A stretch of 51,482 nucleotides of DNA from Patescibacteria group bacterium (GTDB lineage Bacteria; Patescibacteriota; Microgenomatia; Woykebacterales; RBG-16-39-9b). Positions 1-11,614 of the stretch are shown piece by piece (the first letter of the stretch is position 1; each line of letters starts with the position of its first letter). The notes under the pieces were generated by a model that had not been told where the DNA came from, searched no databases, and saw nothing but the letters and a program-made list of their open reading frames with translations. A program made the position numbers and the translations under genes. The DNA lies in contig JACZRW010000002.1 in the NCBI GenBank assembly GCA_022574495.1, forward strand, positions 1-51,482. Direction: 5' to 3'.

Positions 1-53
1 CCTACCTCCTGTGTGAACTTTTTGAACAGCTAATAAACCATAAAAGTGGGGAG

Positions 54-82
54 ATTATATCAAAAATTGCTTGAAATGTCAA
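54..82 (-). promoter_or_regulatory. consensus sigma70-type promoter (TTGACA-N17-TATAAT) firing leftwards out of the window
   Basis: rc(77-82)=TTGACA and rc(54-59)=TATAAT with a 17-nt spacer. rc(5-10)=AGGAGG at the window edge looks like the SD of an off-window gene. Confidence 0.6.
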
Positions 83-177
83 CACTATAGGTTTAAGAAC
101 AGGGGATTTTACAGGCTCAGTGTGAGTTCAAACGGGATTGTGCCCCATCGCTTGTGAATGAAGGTGTCCCTTATATA

Positions 178-1002
178 TTAAAAGAACTTTAAGTCTCCAC
201 TTATTATAATTTTCTTTGGGTTAAGAAACAATTTCTGTTTTAGTTGTATTTCAGTTAATACACTTTCTTTGACTAATCTTTTTGAATGAGAAATAAATGA
301 TTCAAAGTCTGCGATTCCTGTCTTTCTTGGTTTTGGGGCATAATCACTGGCAATAATATCGATAGTTCCATCTGCCAAACCTTCGTTTACAGCCAACACA
401 TCTTCTTTGTTACTAAGCGGAGGATTTACTTCTACGTCTTTCTCTTCTTTTATAAAGGTAAAATATTGAGGGCACGTTTCACTAGTAATTTTTAAACCAT
501 TACTTTTGAATTTTCTAATTAGTTCAACACTTTCTTTTTTACTAACGTGTTGGATATGAAGCTTTCCCCCAACTTTTTTTATTGCTTCTAAATAATTATT
601 GATGTATCGAGTCTCAAGTTCTGGGTTTTCCAAGCCCTTTTTATAATCAGGGCTGCAGTGGGCTAGCACTAATACATCTTTTTTTAATATTTCTTTAAGT
701 AGGTTTAGATCTTCCAAATATTTACCGTCATCACTAAAACCTACAACATACGGTTTTATTTTTTCTATTTCTACTAATTCTTTTCCTTCTAAATTTTTGG
801 TTATTGCACTTACCGTAAGCGCCTTGCAATATCTCTTAACCTTTAGTGACTTTTTAATTTTTTCTAAATTATCTAGCGGTGGGTATGTATTTGCCATGTA
901 GACAACAGTATCTATACCATTTTCCTTTGCAATTTTTGTGTATTTTGGAATATTATTTCTGAGATGGGTGTGTAGATCTATAATTGGATAATTTATCTGC
1001 AT
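178..1002 (-). CDS. cyclic amidohydrolase, dihydroorotase-like
   Basis: ORF-track frame 178..1113, trimmed to the internal ATG (MQINYPIIDLHTHLR...). The longer ORF runs through the upstream gene's terminator and a TATAAT at rc 1016-1021. It has an HxH metal motif (DLHTHLR) and a C-terminal ASDYAP motif typical of the family. Confidence 0.6.
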   Translation of the reverse strand: MQINYPIIDLHTHLRNNIPKYTKIAKENGIDTVVYMANTYPPLDNLEKIKKSLKVKRYCKALTVSAITKNLEGKELVEIEKIKPYVVGFSDDGKYLEDLNLLKEILKKDVLVLAHCSPDYKKGLENPELETRYINNYLEAIKKVGGKLHIQHVSKKESVELIRKFKSNGLKITSETCPQYFTFIKEEKDVEVNPPLSNKEDVLAVNEGLADGTIDIIASDYAPKPRKTGIADFESFISHSKRLVKESVLTEIQLKQKLFLNPKKIIISGDLKFF

Positions 1003-1025
1003 ATGGTCTTCACTTATTATAAACC

Positions 1026-1066
1026 AAAAGAAAAACGACCCGTTGCGAATACTCGCATTGGGTCGC
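1026..1066 (-). terminator. rho-independent terminator of the GC-rich ORF 1089..1427
   Basis: On the minus strand, CGACCCAATGCGA-GTAT-TCGCAACGGGTCG forms a two-part stem with an internal loop. It is followed by TTTTTCTTTT. Confidence 0.6.
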
Positions 1067-1088
1067 CATTTCCCTCTCACCAACTTCT

Positions 1089-1427
1089 TTAAGCTGCACC
1101 TTCTGCCTTCCAAAAGGTGTGATGAATAATACCTGGACGCCAGACTCTTCCACTGCTCCAGGAAAGGGAAAAATCGTGAACGTTTTCCGGCTCCCCCAAC
1201 TCTGCCACAAACATCGGGAATACCCAGTCATGTCTCACCTCCCAATCAACTGGGTGTGCGATCGATAGGTGGAGTAGAGGATACGTACGAAAGTTTGGCA
1301 GATACTCAACTGATAATACTAGGGTGAGGTTGGGCCTTAGCCTCCTAAAGACAGGTTGGATTTCCCTACTCGAAGCAATACTATATGCTTCCTCGAGAAA
1401 TCTCTGCACGTTGAGTCTTGAAGTCAT
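1089..1427 (-). CDS. hypothetical protein on a GC-rich cassette (no family recognised)
   Basis: ORF-track 1089..1439, started at the ATG (MTSRLNVQRF...) that lies 5 nt after GGAGG. An extended -10 TGGTATAAT lies about 40 nt upstream and the gene has its own terminator. I counted 32/60 G+C in 1141-1200, against about 15-17/60 in typical flanking lines. Confidence 0.45.
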   Translation of the reverse strand: MTSRLNVQRFLEEAYSIASSREIQPVFRRLRPNLTLVLSVEYLPNFRTYPLLHLSIAHPVDWEVRHDWVFPMFVAELGEPENVHDFSLSWSSGRVWRPGIIHHTFWKAEGAA

Positions 1428-1518
1428 GGCTCCCTCCAATCAAGTTTAATCAATCCCTTGCCTGTTTGGAAACGAATTATACCACTATATAAAGAAAAAA
1501 TGAATACCGAAGAGGGAA

Positions 1519-1959
1519 TTAATCTACAATTATGGCGCCGCCAGTAGAGGAATTGAGGTGATCATGGTATCCAGTCTTACCTACTTTATTTATAGTAAAC
1601 GTTTTTTCTTCGCCAGGAGCCATATCCAGCACAAACCCTCCATAAGAGACTTCTTTATTTCCAGTGTGAACCGGGTGCGGATCGGCACCAATTTGAATAT
1701 TTTCATCACCAGCGTTTAACCATTTTATCTCTGCACCCTGGGAAACTTTCACACAAGAAGGAGTTACTTCACCATTATTAAATATAATTATCACAGGATC
1801 AGAAATACCTGCAGATGAGGTAGCTACGCTCTCTATACTATCAAATACAATAGCAGTATCAACAGTACATGACTCACCAGATGAATTACTACCAAATAGG
1901 AGATACCCACCTAGGCCAACCATTAATAAAACTACTATAACAATTATTATATTTTTCAT
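1519..1959 (-). CDS. membrane-anchored cupredoxin-like domain protein
   Basis: N-terminal TM helix. The C-terminal beta-domain carries His-rich motifs (ADPHPVH, GYHDH) resembling cupredoxin/plastocyanin-like folds. Confidence 0.55.
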   Translation of the reverse strand: MKNIIIVIVVLLMVGLGGYLLFGSNSSGESCTVDTAIVFDSIESVATSSAGISDPVIIIFNNGEVTPSCVKVSQGAEIKWLNAGDENIQIGADPHPVHTGNKEVSYGGFVLDMAPGEEKTFTINKVGKTGYHDHLNSSTGGAIIVD

Positions 1960-1962
1960 AGA

Positions 1963-2640
1963 TTACTCTATCGTTGCTAGCACCGCTTCAGCTATTTTCC
2001 TTGCCTCCGCCAGCAGCTGATCACCTATCACTTTATTACTACTATTCCTTATGTCAAGGGCGGCTCTAGCCTCTACTAAAATAACCAAATCACCTTTATA
2101 GAAAGAGATAGCACAAGCTTCGTAGTCATATTTAAACTTGTAACCTTCTTCGGTTGCCTCGGCTGCACATCCAGAATAAGCCCCATCTGTTCCATTAATA
2201 CTAATCATTTTTTGGTCTTTAGTAGTTAACTCTATTTCATTTTTCGCAGCCGTCTTTGGATCTTCACTTCGATATACTACTAGATTTACATTTGATACTA
2301 GCTTTTTTAATTCCTTTGTATCTGGATCGTAAACATAAAGATCTCTATCAGATGAAGATGGGGCAATTTCATTGAAATAGCCTTCAACCTGAGGTACGGT
2401 ATAACTCAGTTTGGTTGAATTTAATTGGGGTTTTGCACTTTGCGTTGACTCTTGCTTTTTCTCAACTTCCATTTTTCTTCCCACCGGATCTATAGTCACA
2501 ATAACCATCACAACAATAATCGATAAAATCGCTAAAGCAAATATTACTCCTACTATAATCCCAATTCTGATTATCATTTTATTAGTTGGTTTAGTATTCT
2601 GTGGGTTAGATGGATTTTGTGGTGAAGTGTATTCAGGCAT
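1963..2640 (-). CDS. hypothetical single-pass membrane protein (Pro/Asn-rich N-terminus, TM, extracytoplasmic domain)
   Basis: Long ORF whose stop (1963) lies 3 nt before the start (1959) of the next minus-strand gene, 1519..1959. A TM segment (IIRIGIIVGVIFALAILSIIVVMVIV) is present. Confidence 0.6.
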   Translation of the reverse strand: MPEYTSPQNPSNPQNTKPTNKMIIRIGIIVGVIFALAILSIIVVMVIVTIDPVGRKMEVEKKQESTQSAKPQLNSTKLSYTVPQVEGYFNEIAPSSSDRDLYVYDPDTKELKKLVSNVNLVVYRSEDPKTAAKNEIELTTKDQKMISINGTDGAYSGCAAEATEEGYKFKYDYEACAISFYKGDLVILVEARAALDIRNSSNKVIGDQLLAEARKIAEAVLATIE

Positions 2641-2649
2641 TAACTAAAT

Positions 2650-2677
2650 TATCTACCTATTAAGCCTCGGGTGTCAA
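2650..2677 (-). promoter_or_regulatory. promoter TTGACA-N16-TAGATA, 9 nt upstream of the ATG at 2640
   Basis: rc(2672-2677)=TTGACA and rc(2650-2655)=TAGATA. No SD lies before the ATG. Confidence 0.5.
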
Positions 2678-2729
2678 TTTCACAATGTTACTGTAAGTTC
2701 AAATGGTATTGTGTCCCTACTTTGGGTAA

Positions 2730-2849
2730 TTCCTTCACCATCTCAAACTCAGTATCACTGCTGCTGTGGCGGTAGTGGTAATAATAGGAGCAGTAGCAGC
2801 CTTAATCCTCTTCCTTCGCAAGAAGAAGGCACAACCTACTCAATCTTAA
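2730..2849 (+). pseudogene. orphan C-terminal membrane-anchor fragment (…ITAAVAVVVIIGAVAALILFLRKKKAQPTQS*) without an ATG
   Basis: The frame is open only from the TAA at 2727-2729. It encodes a hydrophobic helix plus an RKKK tail and a stop, like the C-terminus of the surface protein at 40119..42074. Only an in-frame GTG (2766) is available as a start. Confidence 0.3.
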
Positions 2850-2860
2850 GAAGTAGTTAC

Positions 2861-2883
2861 AAAAATCCCCGATTTAATCGGGG
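2861..2883 (-). terminator. rho-independent terminator after RNase P RNA (CCCCGA-TTAAA-TCGGGG + ATTTTT)
   Basis: Perfect 6-bp GC-rich stem at 2867-2883 followed on the minus strand by a T-run. It is also followed by TTCTTT on the plus strand. Confidence 0.7.
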
Positions 2884-2889
2884 TTCTTT

Positions 2890-3278
2890 GCACTTAGAGG
2901 TAACTTGTAAGCCAGGTTCTGTTTTTCGATGATCATCTATCTAAGGTTGACGTTTCCATCAATCTTTTCGCCTATTCGGCGAATGCTCGCGACTTCGTCC
3001 CTGTGTCGGTAGTCAAGGGGACATTCGGCGATTGCATCAGGTGGGATTGCCCGTTTCACCTCTGATTCTAATTACCGAGAATCAAAGCTTCGTCTCTGTT
3101 GCTCTCGAAACCTGTTAATTCAGGATCCGTTTTCTAAAGATCTTCGGTTAAAATCTTTAGAAACACCAGCTGTTACCAGTCGGATCTTACGATCCATCCC
3201 TTACCGACTGATGCCTGGACTTTCCTCTCAACCTAGCCTAAAGCTAGATCAAGCGATCATCCATTTACCTCTAAGTAG
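2890..3278 (-). ncRNA. rnpB: RNase P RNA, bacterial type A
   Basis: rc(3213-3227)=GAGGAAAGUCCAGGC (CR-I) and rc(2907-2922)=ACAGAACCUGGCUUAC (CR-V). The P1 stem pairs 3265-3276 with 2892-2903 (CUUAGAGGUAA / UUACCUCUAAG). GGUGAAACGG and GCAACAGAGA motifs lie in between. The ends are approximate. Confidence 0.9.
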
Positions 3279-3353
3279 GGCTACTTTAACAGATTTGGAC
3301 TTAAATTTCAACCCATCTTTACTGTATAATGTAGGGAGTAATTATCCTGTTAT

Positions 3354-4315
3354 ATGCCTGAAGTAATTATTTTCTTAATTAGTATAACTGCGGTGATTAA
3401 AGGGGCTGATTGGCTTGGAGAGGCGAGTGTAGATGTTGCTAAACGCCTTGGTATCCCCCAACTTCTTATTGGAGCCACTCTTGTAAGTGTAGCCACTACA
3501 TTACCTGAAACTCTCATAGCATTCTTTGCTGGTGCGTCTTCAAATTCTGGTATCGTTCTAGGTACTGTTCTTGGATCACCTATTGCAAATCTAGGACTTA
3601 TCCTGGGTATTGTTTTCTTTTTTGGACATGTCAGACCTGAAAAAGGGTATTTTACAAGAACCATGAATATATTTATTTTCCTTCTCGCACTAGTATTGGT
3701 AATGGGGGTTGGGGGAGCTATAAATCCTTTCGGGGGCTGGGTACTACTTTCACTCGCAGTAATTTATTTGGTTCTAGAGTTTGTCATAAGTAAAAGTGAA
3801 GAAAATATAGTTTCCCAAATAGAATCACGATTTGAAAGAGTTAGTAGTTTTTTTAATCATTCTGATGGATATAAAGATATTCTTTTATTTCTTCTAGGGG
3901 CTGTCGTTTTAGGGTTTGGGGCAAGGTTCCTGGTTGATTCCGCCACTGTCATCGCTCAGACAATAAACATCCCCACGATTATAATTGCGGTTACGGCAAT
4001 TGCCTTTGGGACTTCTTTACCAGAGCTTGCAACGGCTATTCATTCTATAATAAAGGGTAGATTGTCGCTTTCTTTAGGTAATTTGGCTGGAGCATCAGTT
4101 CTAGACTTTACCATGGCTCTAGGCGCAGGAGCACTAGTGAATACATTAATAATACCAAGAGGGGTATTAATTCTATCAATTGGTGTCTTGTTTATTATAA
4201 GCATACTAAGTTTAGCTTCGGTACTAACAAAAATATCTGTTGAAAAAATAGGGATAGCTTTGATATTTCTATTCTTTGTATTTATTCTTACCTTCGTATC
4301 TATTGAATTATCCAT

Positions 4316-4319
<4 letters not shown>
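3354..4319 (+). CDS. Na+/Ca2+ (CaCA family, YrbG-like) exchanger
   Basis: Two alpha-repeat signatures are present (GATLVSVATTLPE and AFGTSLPELATAI). The protein is polytopic. Confidence 0.8.
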
Positions 4320-6761
<2,442 letters not shown>

Positions 6762-6769
<8 letters not shown>

Positions 6770-7781
6770 AGTGATCGTGTATATCCTCTAGAATTACTTG
6801 TATGGTCGCCGCAATAGGTACAGCTAATACCGCCCCAATTATCCCAAATAGAGAACCTCCAACAAGTAAGGCAAAGATAATCGCCAGTGGATGGACACCC
6901 ACCGCTTTTTCCATTAATTTTGGCACTATTAAATTATTTTCCAATTGTTGAATCAAAACATAAAGTGCCACCACACCCAAGGCGGGTATTGGGTTATTAA
7001 ATTGGACGAAAGCAATTATAATTGCCGGGACTGCCGCAACTATTGGACCAATAATAGCAACTATTTCTAAGGCACCTGCCAAAACTGCTAAAGGAAGTGC
7101 AAATTCAACTCTAAGAAGAGTGAGGCCAATCCAAGTAGAAAACCCAATTATCACCATCAACAAAAATTGCCCTCTCAACCACGCCCCTAGTTTTTCCTCT
7201 ATTTTATGGGCTATTAGAGTTACTCTATCCTTTGGTAGGTGTGGGAAGAAATAAAACATATTATTTTTTAACTTCTCCTTCTCAAGGAGTAAATAAAAAG
7301 TAAATATTGCAACAGTAATAAAAGTGATAAATCCCGAAAATACATTTAGCAAAAGCCCCTGGGCCTCAAATAATATTTCCTGAGCTCGCTCTGATAATAT
7401 CCTAGCCACATCTTCTGAATTTAGTGCAATAAATTCCGAATTGTTAAGGCTATCTGAAAGAATCGTTATATAAATAGGTAAATCTTCAGCAAATTGTAGC
7501 GAGCGTGTAATTAATGGTGGTAATACTGCAAATAATATAAGTCCAAAAGCACCAATGGCGAATAGGTAAGTAAATACAACTGAGGTTACTTTATTTAATC
7601 CTTTTTTCTGAAACCAATCCACCAAGGGGGAAAATCCACTCATTAGAATTATTGATATAACTAAAGCAAAAATAATAGCCCTAATTTTCCAGGCTAACAG
7701 CAAGAACAATACAATAGCTATAATCGAAAAGACCGATTTTAGGGAGATTTCTATAGTTAGATTTTTATTATTCATATACAA
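6762..7781 (-). CDS. AI-2E family (PerM/UPF0118) transporter
   Basis: Polytopic protein of about 340 aa with the typical family layout. It converges with the ATPase gene with an 8-nt overlap. Confidence 0.7.
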
Positions 7782-7828
7782 ATTCTAACCTAATTGTAAC
7801 AGAAATTTAGCTCAGCTAGCAAATTAGA

Positions 7829-8761
7829 TCATTCTCTTTTCCACTTTTCGACATTTACAAATATCTTCTTGTTGTATTTCGGGTTTATTATATCAAACCA
7901 AATTACAGCTGGTTCTTTTTTAAACCAAGTCAATTGCCTTCGTATATATCCATGATGATCAAACTTTATTCTTTTTATTGCTTCTTCTTTCGAAATTCTC
8001 TTATCCAAATATGCCGCCACTTGACGATAACCTAGAGAAGTCATTGAAGATAAGGTAGATTTATATTTTTTTAATAAGGACTCTACCTCATCGACAAAGC
8101 CCTGCTCAAACCATGAATCGATCCGATCATCGACTTTTTTATACAAATATTCTCGATCGGCGGTTAACCCTATGGAAAGAGTTTCAAAATCTGGTTTGTA
8201 CTTTTTAGCCATAGAGGAGATGGGTTTTCCTGTTTTGTAATAGACTTCCAACGCGCGAATTACTCTCCTTTTATTATATTTATCAATTTTCAAATAAATT
8301 TTTGGGTCTACTTGTTCAAGCTCTTGCAATAAAGAATTTAGTGATTTCTTGTCTAGTTTAGCTCTGATTCTCTTATCTGGCTCGACCTGAGGAACCTTGA
8401 GGCCTTGAACAACCGCGCGAATATAGAGACCCGAACCCCCAACAAGAATTGGTAATTTGTCTCTTACTTGAATTTCGTGAATTCTTTTATAAGCAAGTTG
8501 CTGATACTCAGCTACTGAGAATGTCTTGTCTGGTGTAATAAGATCGTAAAGGTAAACTGGTACCCCACCAACAACCCAAAAACCTTCTTTCCTAATTAAT
8601 TTAACATTTGCCGGAAATTTGCCGGTACCAATGTCCATCCCAATATATAATTGACGAGAATCGGCAGAAACTATTTCACCATCAAATTTTTTCGCCAACC
8701 TAATTGCAAGGTCCGTCTTATTAGTACCAGTAGGACCAACAATTACAAGTAATTTTTTCAT
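7829..8761 (-). CDS. miaA: tRNA dimethylallyltransferase
   Basis: GPTGTNKT P-loop, then SADSRQLYIGMDIGTGK. Length is about 310 aa. Confidence 0.9.
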   Translation of the reverse strand: MKKLLVIVGPTGTNKTDLAIRLAKKFDGEIVSADSRQLYIGMDIGTGKFPANVKLIRKEGFWVVGGVPVYLYDLITPDKTFSVAEYQQLAYKRIHEIQVRDKLPILVGGSGLYIRAVVQGLKVPQVEPDKRIRAKLDKKSLNSLLQELEQVDPKIYLKIDKYNKRRVIRALEVYYKTGKPISSMAKKYKPDFETLSIGLTADREYLYKKVDDRIDSWFEQGFVDEVESLLKKYKSTLSSMTSLGYRQVAAYLDKRISKEEAIKRIKFDHHGYIRRQLTWFKKEPAVIWFDIINPKYNKKIFVNVEKWKRE

Positions 8762-8764
8762 AAT

Positions 8765-10045
8765 TTAATTATCATTGATCATGTCAACCAAAAGTGTGGA
8801 CCAACCGAAATGCTTAGCTCCATAGCCTTCACCAGTAAATGGATTAAAGAATTCACGATACCCTGAAAGTTTTATTAGATCAACCGTCCTCTCAAGTATT
8901 TTATCCGCTTCATTATTGTACCCATGTTTTCTTAATCCTTTTACTAAATACCAGTTTGTGTTCACCCAAGTAGGACCACGCCAAATTATTGGCTCATGAG
9001 CAATCAGAGGAGGTGATGGCGAAAAGCTAGGTTCGGATCTTGAGACTGTCGGAACAGGATAAGCTACATCAAATTCCTTAGTATTAAGCAGATGTTCCTT
9101 TACGATTAGCGCAACGTATTTTTTATCAATATCCAAAATTATTGGAAATAAACTTTTTATTGTTAATATTTTAGACATTTTTTCCCTCTTAGAATATAAA
9201 TCAAAAAAAGCCTTACTTTCTTTATCAAAACACTTCTTTATTAGAGCTTCCTTAGCCTTAGAATACTTATGATAAAAAATCCGTGCATCCTTTTCATTAT
9301 CAATCTCATGGAGAAGATTAATCAATATTTTTAAATTAAGGATATATATTGAATTAACAAACACGTCTTCGACACTGAAATAATCCGCCTCAAATATTTT
9401 TTCAAGATTATAACTATTCATCATATTTTTAAATGTAATTTTTCTACCAGCAATAGACATTAACAAGGCGTGTTCACTTTCAATATTCAAAACGGGATCA
9501 TATGATGGGCTTTGGTCAAGACCAGATTCATAGGGTGCAATTATTGAAATTAAACCATCTTGATCTGGGTCTCTCTTCTCAGAAAGCCAAGTGTAATATT
9601 TCTTTAATTTTGGAACTACCTCAAGAAGAAAATTTAAGTTTTTTTCTTTCTTATATATTGATTCTACAGATTGTGCGATAAGAGGGGGTTGGATGAGATT
9701 GGTTGTTTTTGGAAAAAATGAAGGGGATGATTCCAACATCGCTCCAATCCCCGCCAAAGGCCTTCGAAATTTTGTTGCTCTCCAATAAATTACATGGGGT
9801 ATAAAACCATTATCTTTTTGGACTTTCAAGAGACTTCGGATTTCGTTTTTAGCAAGCTCTACATCAAAATGGGAAAGGACAATAGCATGAAAGCAAGAAT
9901 CCCAAAACCATTGATGCGGATAATGGGGATAAGATGGGCATATGTATTTATAATTTTCCTTTGCCCATCTGGAATAACCGGTTCTTAGATTACCGTATAA
10001 TACTTTCTTGGCTTCATCAATTAAATCCTCTTTTGTGTCAAACAT
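8765..10045 (-). CDS. (alpha/alpha)6-barrel glycoside hydrolase, GH63/MGH1-like
   Basis: The segment YPHQWFWDSCFHAIVL and overall length resemble GH63 / glycogen-debranching-like hydrolases. The family call is tentative. Confidence 0.6.
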   Translation of the reverse strand: MFDTKEDLIDEAKKVLYGNLRTGYSRWAKENYKYICPSYPHYPHQWFWDSCFHAIVLSHFDVELAKNEIRSLLKVQKDNGFIPHVIYWRATKFRRPLAGIGAMLESSPSFFPKTTNLIQPPLIAQSVESIYKKEKNLNFLLEVVPKLKKYYTWLSEKRDPDQDGLISIIAPYESGLDQSPSYDPVLNIESEHALLMSIAGRKITFKNMMNSYNLEKIFEADYFSVEDVFVNSIYILNLKILINLLHEIDNEKDARIFYHKYSKAKEALIKKCFDKESKAFFDLYSKREKMSKILTIKSLFPIILDIDKKYVALIVKEHLLNTKEFDVAYPVPTVSRSEPSFSPSPPLIAHEPIIWRGPTWVNTNWYLVKGLRKHGYNNEADKILERTVDLIKLSGYREFFNPFTGEGYGAKHFGWSTLLVDMINDN

Positions 10046-10069
10046 TAATTTAAGTTTAAATCATAGTGC

Positions 10070-10098
10070 TTGAAAAAGGCAATAAACTCGTTTAAGCT
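10070..10098 (+). promoter_or_regulatory. promoter TTGAAA-N17-TAAGCT, 8 nt before the ATG at 10107
   Basis: Hexamers at 10070-10075 and 10093-10098. No SD. Confidence 0.4.
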
Positions 10099-10106
10099 AC
10101 TTACTT

Positions 10107-10943
10107 ATGACCTTTGATTATAATCCAAATACTATCTGGATATCCCACTCTGCTTTGCAAGACTTCGAAAAATGCCCAAGGCTTTACTACCTAAGAAGTA
10201 TTTATAGAGACAAAAAATTTGGTAATAATTTTCGCATTCAAATGGCAAATCCTTATCTATCCTTGGGAGAAATTGTGCATGATGCAATAGATAATTACAC
10301 CAACAGATATGAACTTGGGTCAAGAAATAAAGACAAAATGATGTACGAACTTTCCCGAGGGTGGATGTTGAAGAAAGGAAAGATTGGTGGATTTAAAAGT
10401 GAATCTCATGAAAAAGAATTTAAAGATAGATCCATATCTATGGTCGAAAGATTTTTGGCAAATAAAGATTTCGCCGAAGCGAAATCTCTGTCTTCTCCCA
10501 ATTTTCCAAAGATAAAACTTTTTCCAGATAAAGACCTTGTATTGGTAGGCAATTTTGATTGGATTGCTCCATTCGATGATGGCTTACATATAGTAGATTT
10601 TAAAACGGGCCAACACGAAGAGGATGAAGGTTCGCTGCAGCTTCCTATTTATTCAATATTGGCAAACGAAAATCTGGACAAGCCAGTACGGAAAACAAGT
10701 TATTGGTATTTGGATAAAGATGATGAGCCCAAAGAAGTAGACATGAAAGATCTGGACAAATCGCTAGATATTATCAAAGAAAAATCCCTTGCCTTAGAAA
10801 AAGCAAGAAAAGAGAACAATTTTTCAGATCATAAATCAGAAAACTGTTTTTTCTGCAAAGAATACGAAACTGTACTTGCCAGTAAAGCTGAACATGTAGG
10901 CACCGACCACAAACGCAAACGCGAAATATTCTTTATCCTCTGA
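10107..10943 (+). CDS. PD-(D/E)XK (RecB/Cas4-like) nuclease family protein
   Basis: N-terminal SHSALQDFEKCPRLYYLR, core GNFDWI...HIVDFKTG and a C-terminal CFFC cysteine pair. Confidence 0.6.
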   Translation: MTFDYNPNTIWISHSALQDFEKCPRLYYLRSIYRDKKFGNNFRIQMANPYLSLGEIVHDAIDNYTNRYELGSRNKDKMMYELSRGWMLKKGKIGGFKSESHEKEFKDRSISMVERFLANKDFAEAKSLSSPNFPKIKLFPDKDLVLVGNFDWIAPFDDGLHIVDFKTGQHEEDEGSLQLPIYSILANENLDKPVRKTSYWYLDKDDEPKEVDMKDLDKSLDIIKEKSLALEKARKENNFSDHKSENCFFCKEYETVLASKAEHVGTDHKRKREIFFIL

Positions 10944-11306
10944 ACCTCATCAAGAGACTCTTTACGAATCCACACGATTTTGCTGACAACCACATGTAAT
11001 AAAATGGCATTTTAATTTTTCCATATGAAAATTTACTGACTAAAGTATAAACTGGATTGTCTAACAGAACTAACTACCACATTTTATTGAGGGTTAAAAG
11101 GGATAAATCAACTATTTTTTTAACCCAGAGATTTTCTTAATTAAAGTTATCTACTTTTACTTTTTTACAAGAAAAGTCAAGGTTTCCAAGTTAATTACTT
11201 TAGACTGAAGGTCACAACCGCCAAATGCGTCTACGTCCCGCCGATTGGTAGTGGGCAACGTTCCGCGTGAAATTTTTCTACTATTTATTTAAAAAATTTC
11301 TCGCGG

Positions 11307-11331
11307 GCTGTTATCTTCGAACAGCTTTTTT
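11307..11331. terminator. hairpin GCTGTT-N7-AACAGC + T6, overlapping the hup stop codon
   Basis: 6-bp stem at 11307-11325 and a T-run at 11326-11331 on the plus strand. A second 15-bp imperfect hairpin lies at 11263-11306. Confidence 0.5.
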
Positions 11332-11586
11332 CATTCCTTTTGCAGCTATAAACCCTACGGTGTTCATTTGCGGTAACTGCAATGAATCCCCTGTCTTTGG
11401 GTTTCTACCTACTCTTGCTTTTCTACTTCGAATAACAAAAGTACCGAATCCGGAAAGAACTACTTTATCTCCCTTCTTTAATGCAGAATTTATTGTATTA
11501 AATGTTGAGTCAACTGCCTCTTTCGCGGCTTTTTTAGTTAAATGGGCTTCTTTGGCAACTTTTTCAACTACGTCAGCTTTTAGCAA
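11311..11586 (-). CDS. hup: HU-family DNA-binding protein
   Basis: 91 aa. GFGTF...RKARVGRNPKTGD arm motif. Confidence 0.9.
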   Translation of the reverse strand: MLKADVVEKVAKEAHLTKKAAKEAVDSTFNTINSALKKGDKVVLSGFGTFVIRSRKARVGRNPKTGDSLQLPQMNTVGFIAAKGMKKAVRR

Positions 11587-11614
11587 TTATTTCACCCCCT
11601 TTCAATCTATTTAC

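Noticed and set aside
1003-1113. N-terminal extension of the amidohydrolase ORF (MEGRRCSLKK…)
   Set aside because: The extension overlaps the terminator of the upstream cassette and a TATAAT box. The conserved domain starts at the internal ATG (1002).
2711-2932. 73-aa plus-strand ORF (MSLLWVIPSP…)
   Set aside because: Its 3' third runs antisense through the RNase P RNA and the terminator hairpin. It is low-complexity with a GTG start, so it is most likely non-coding.
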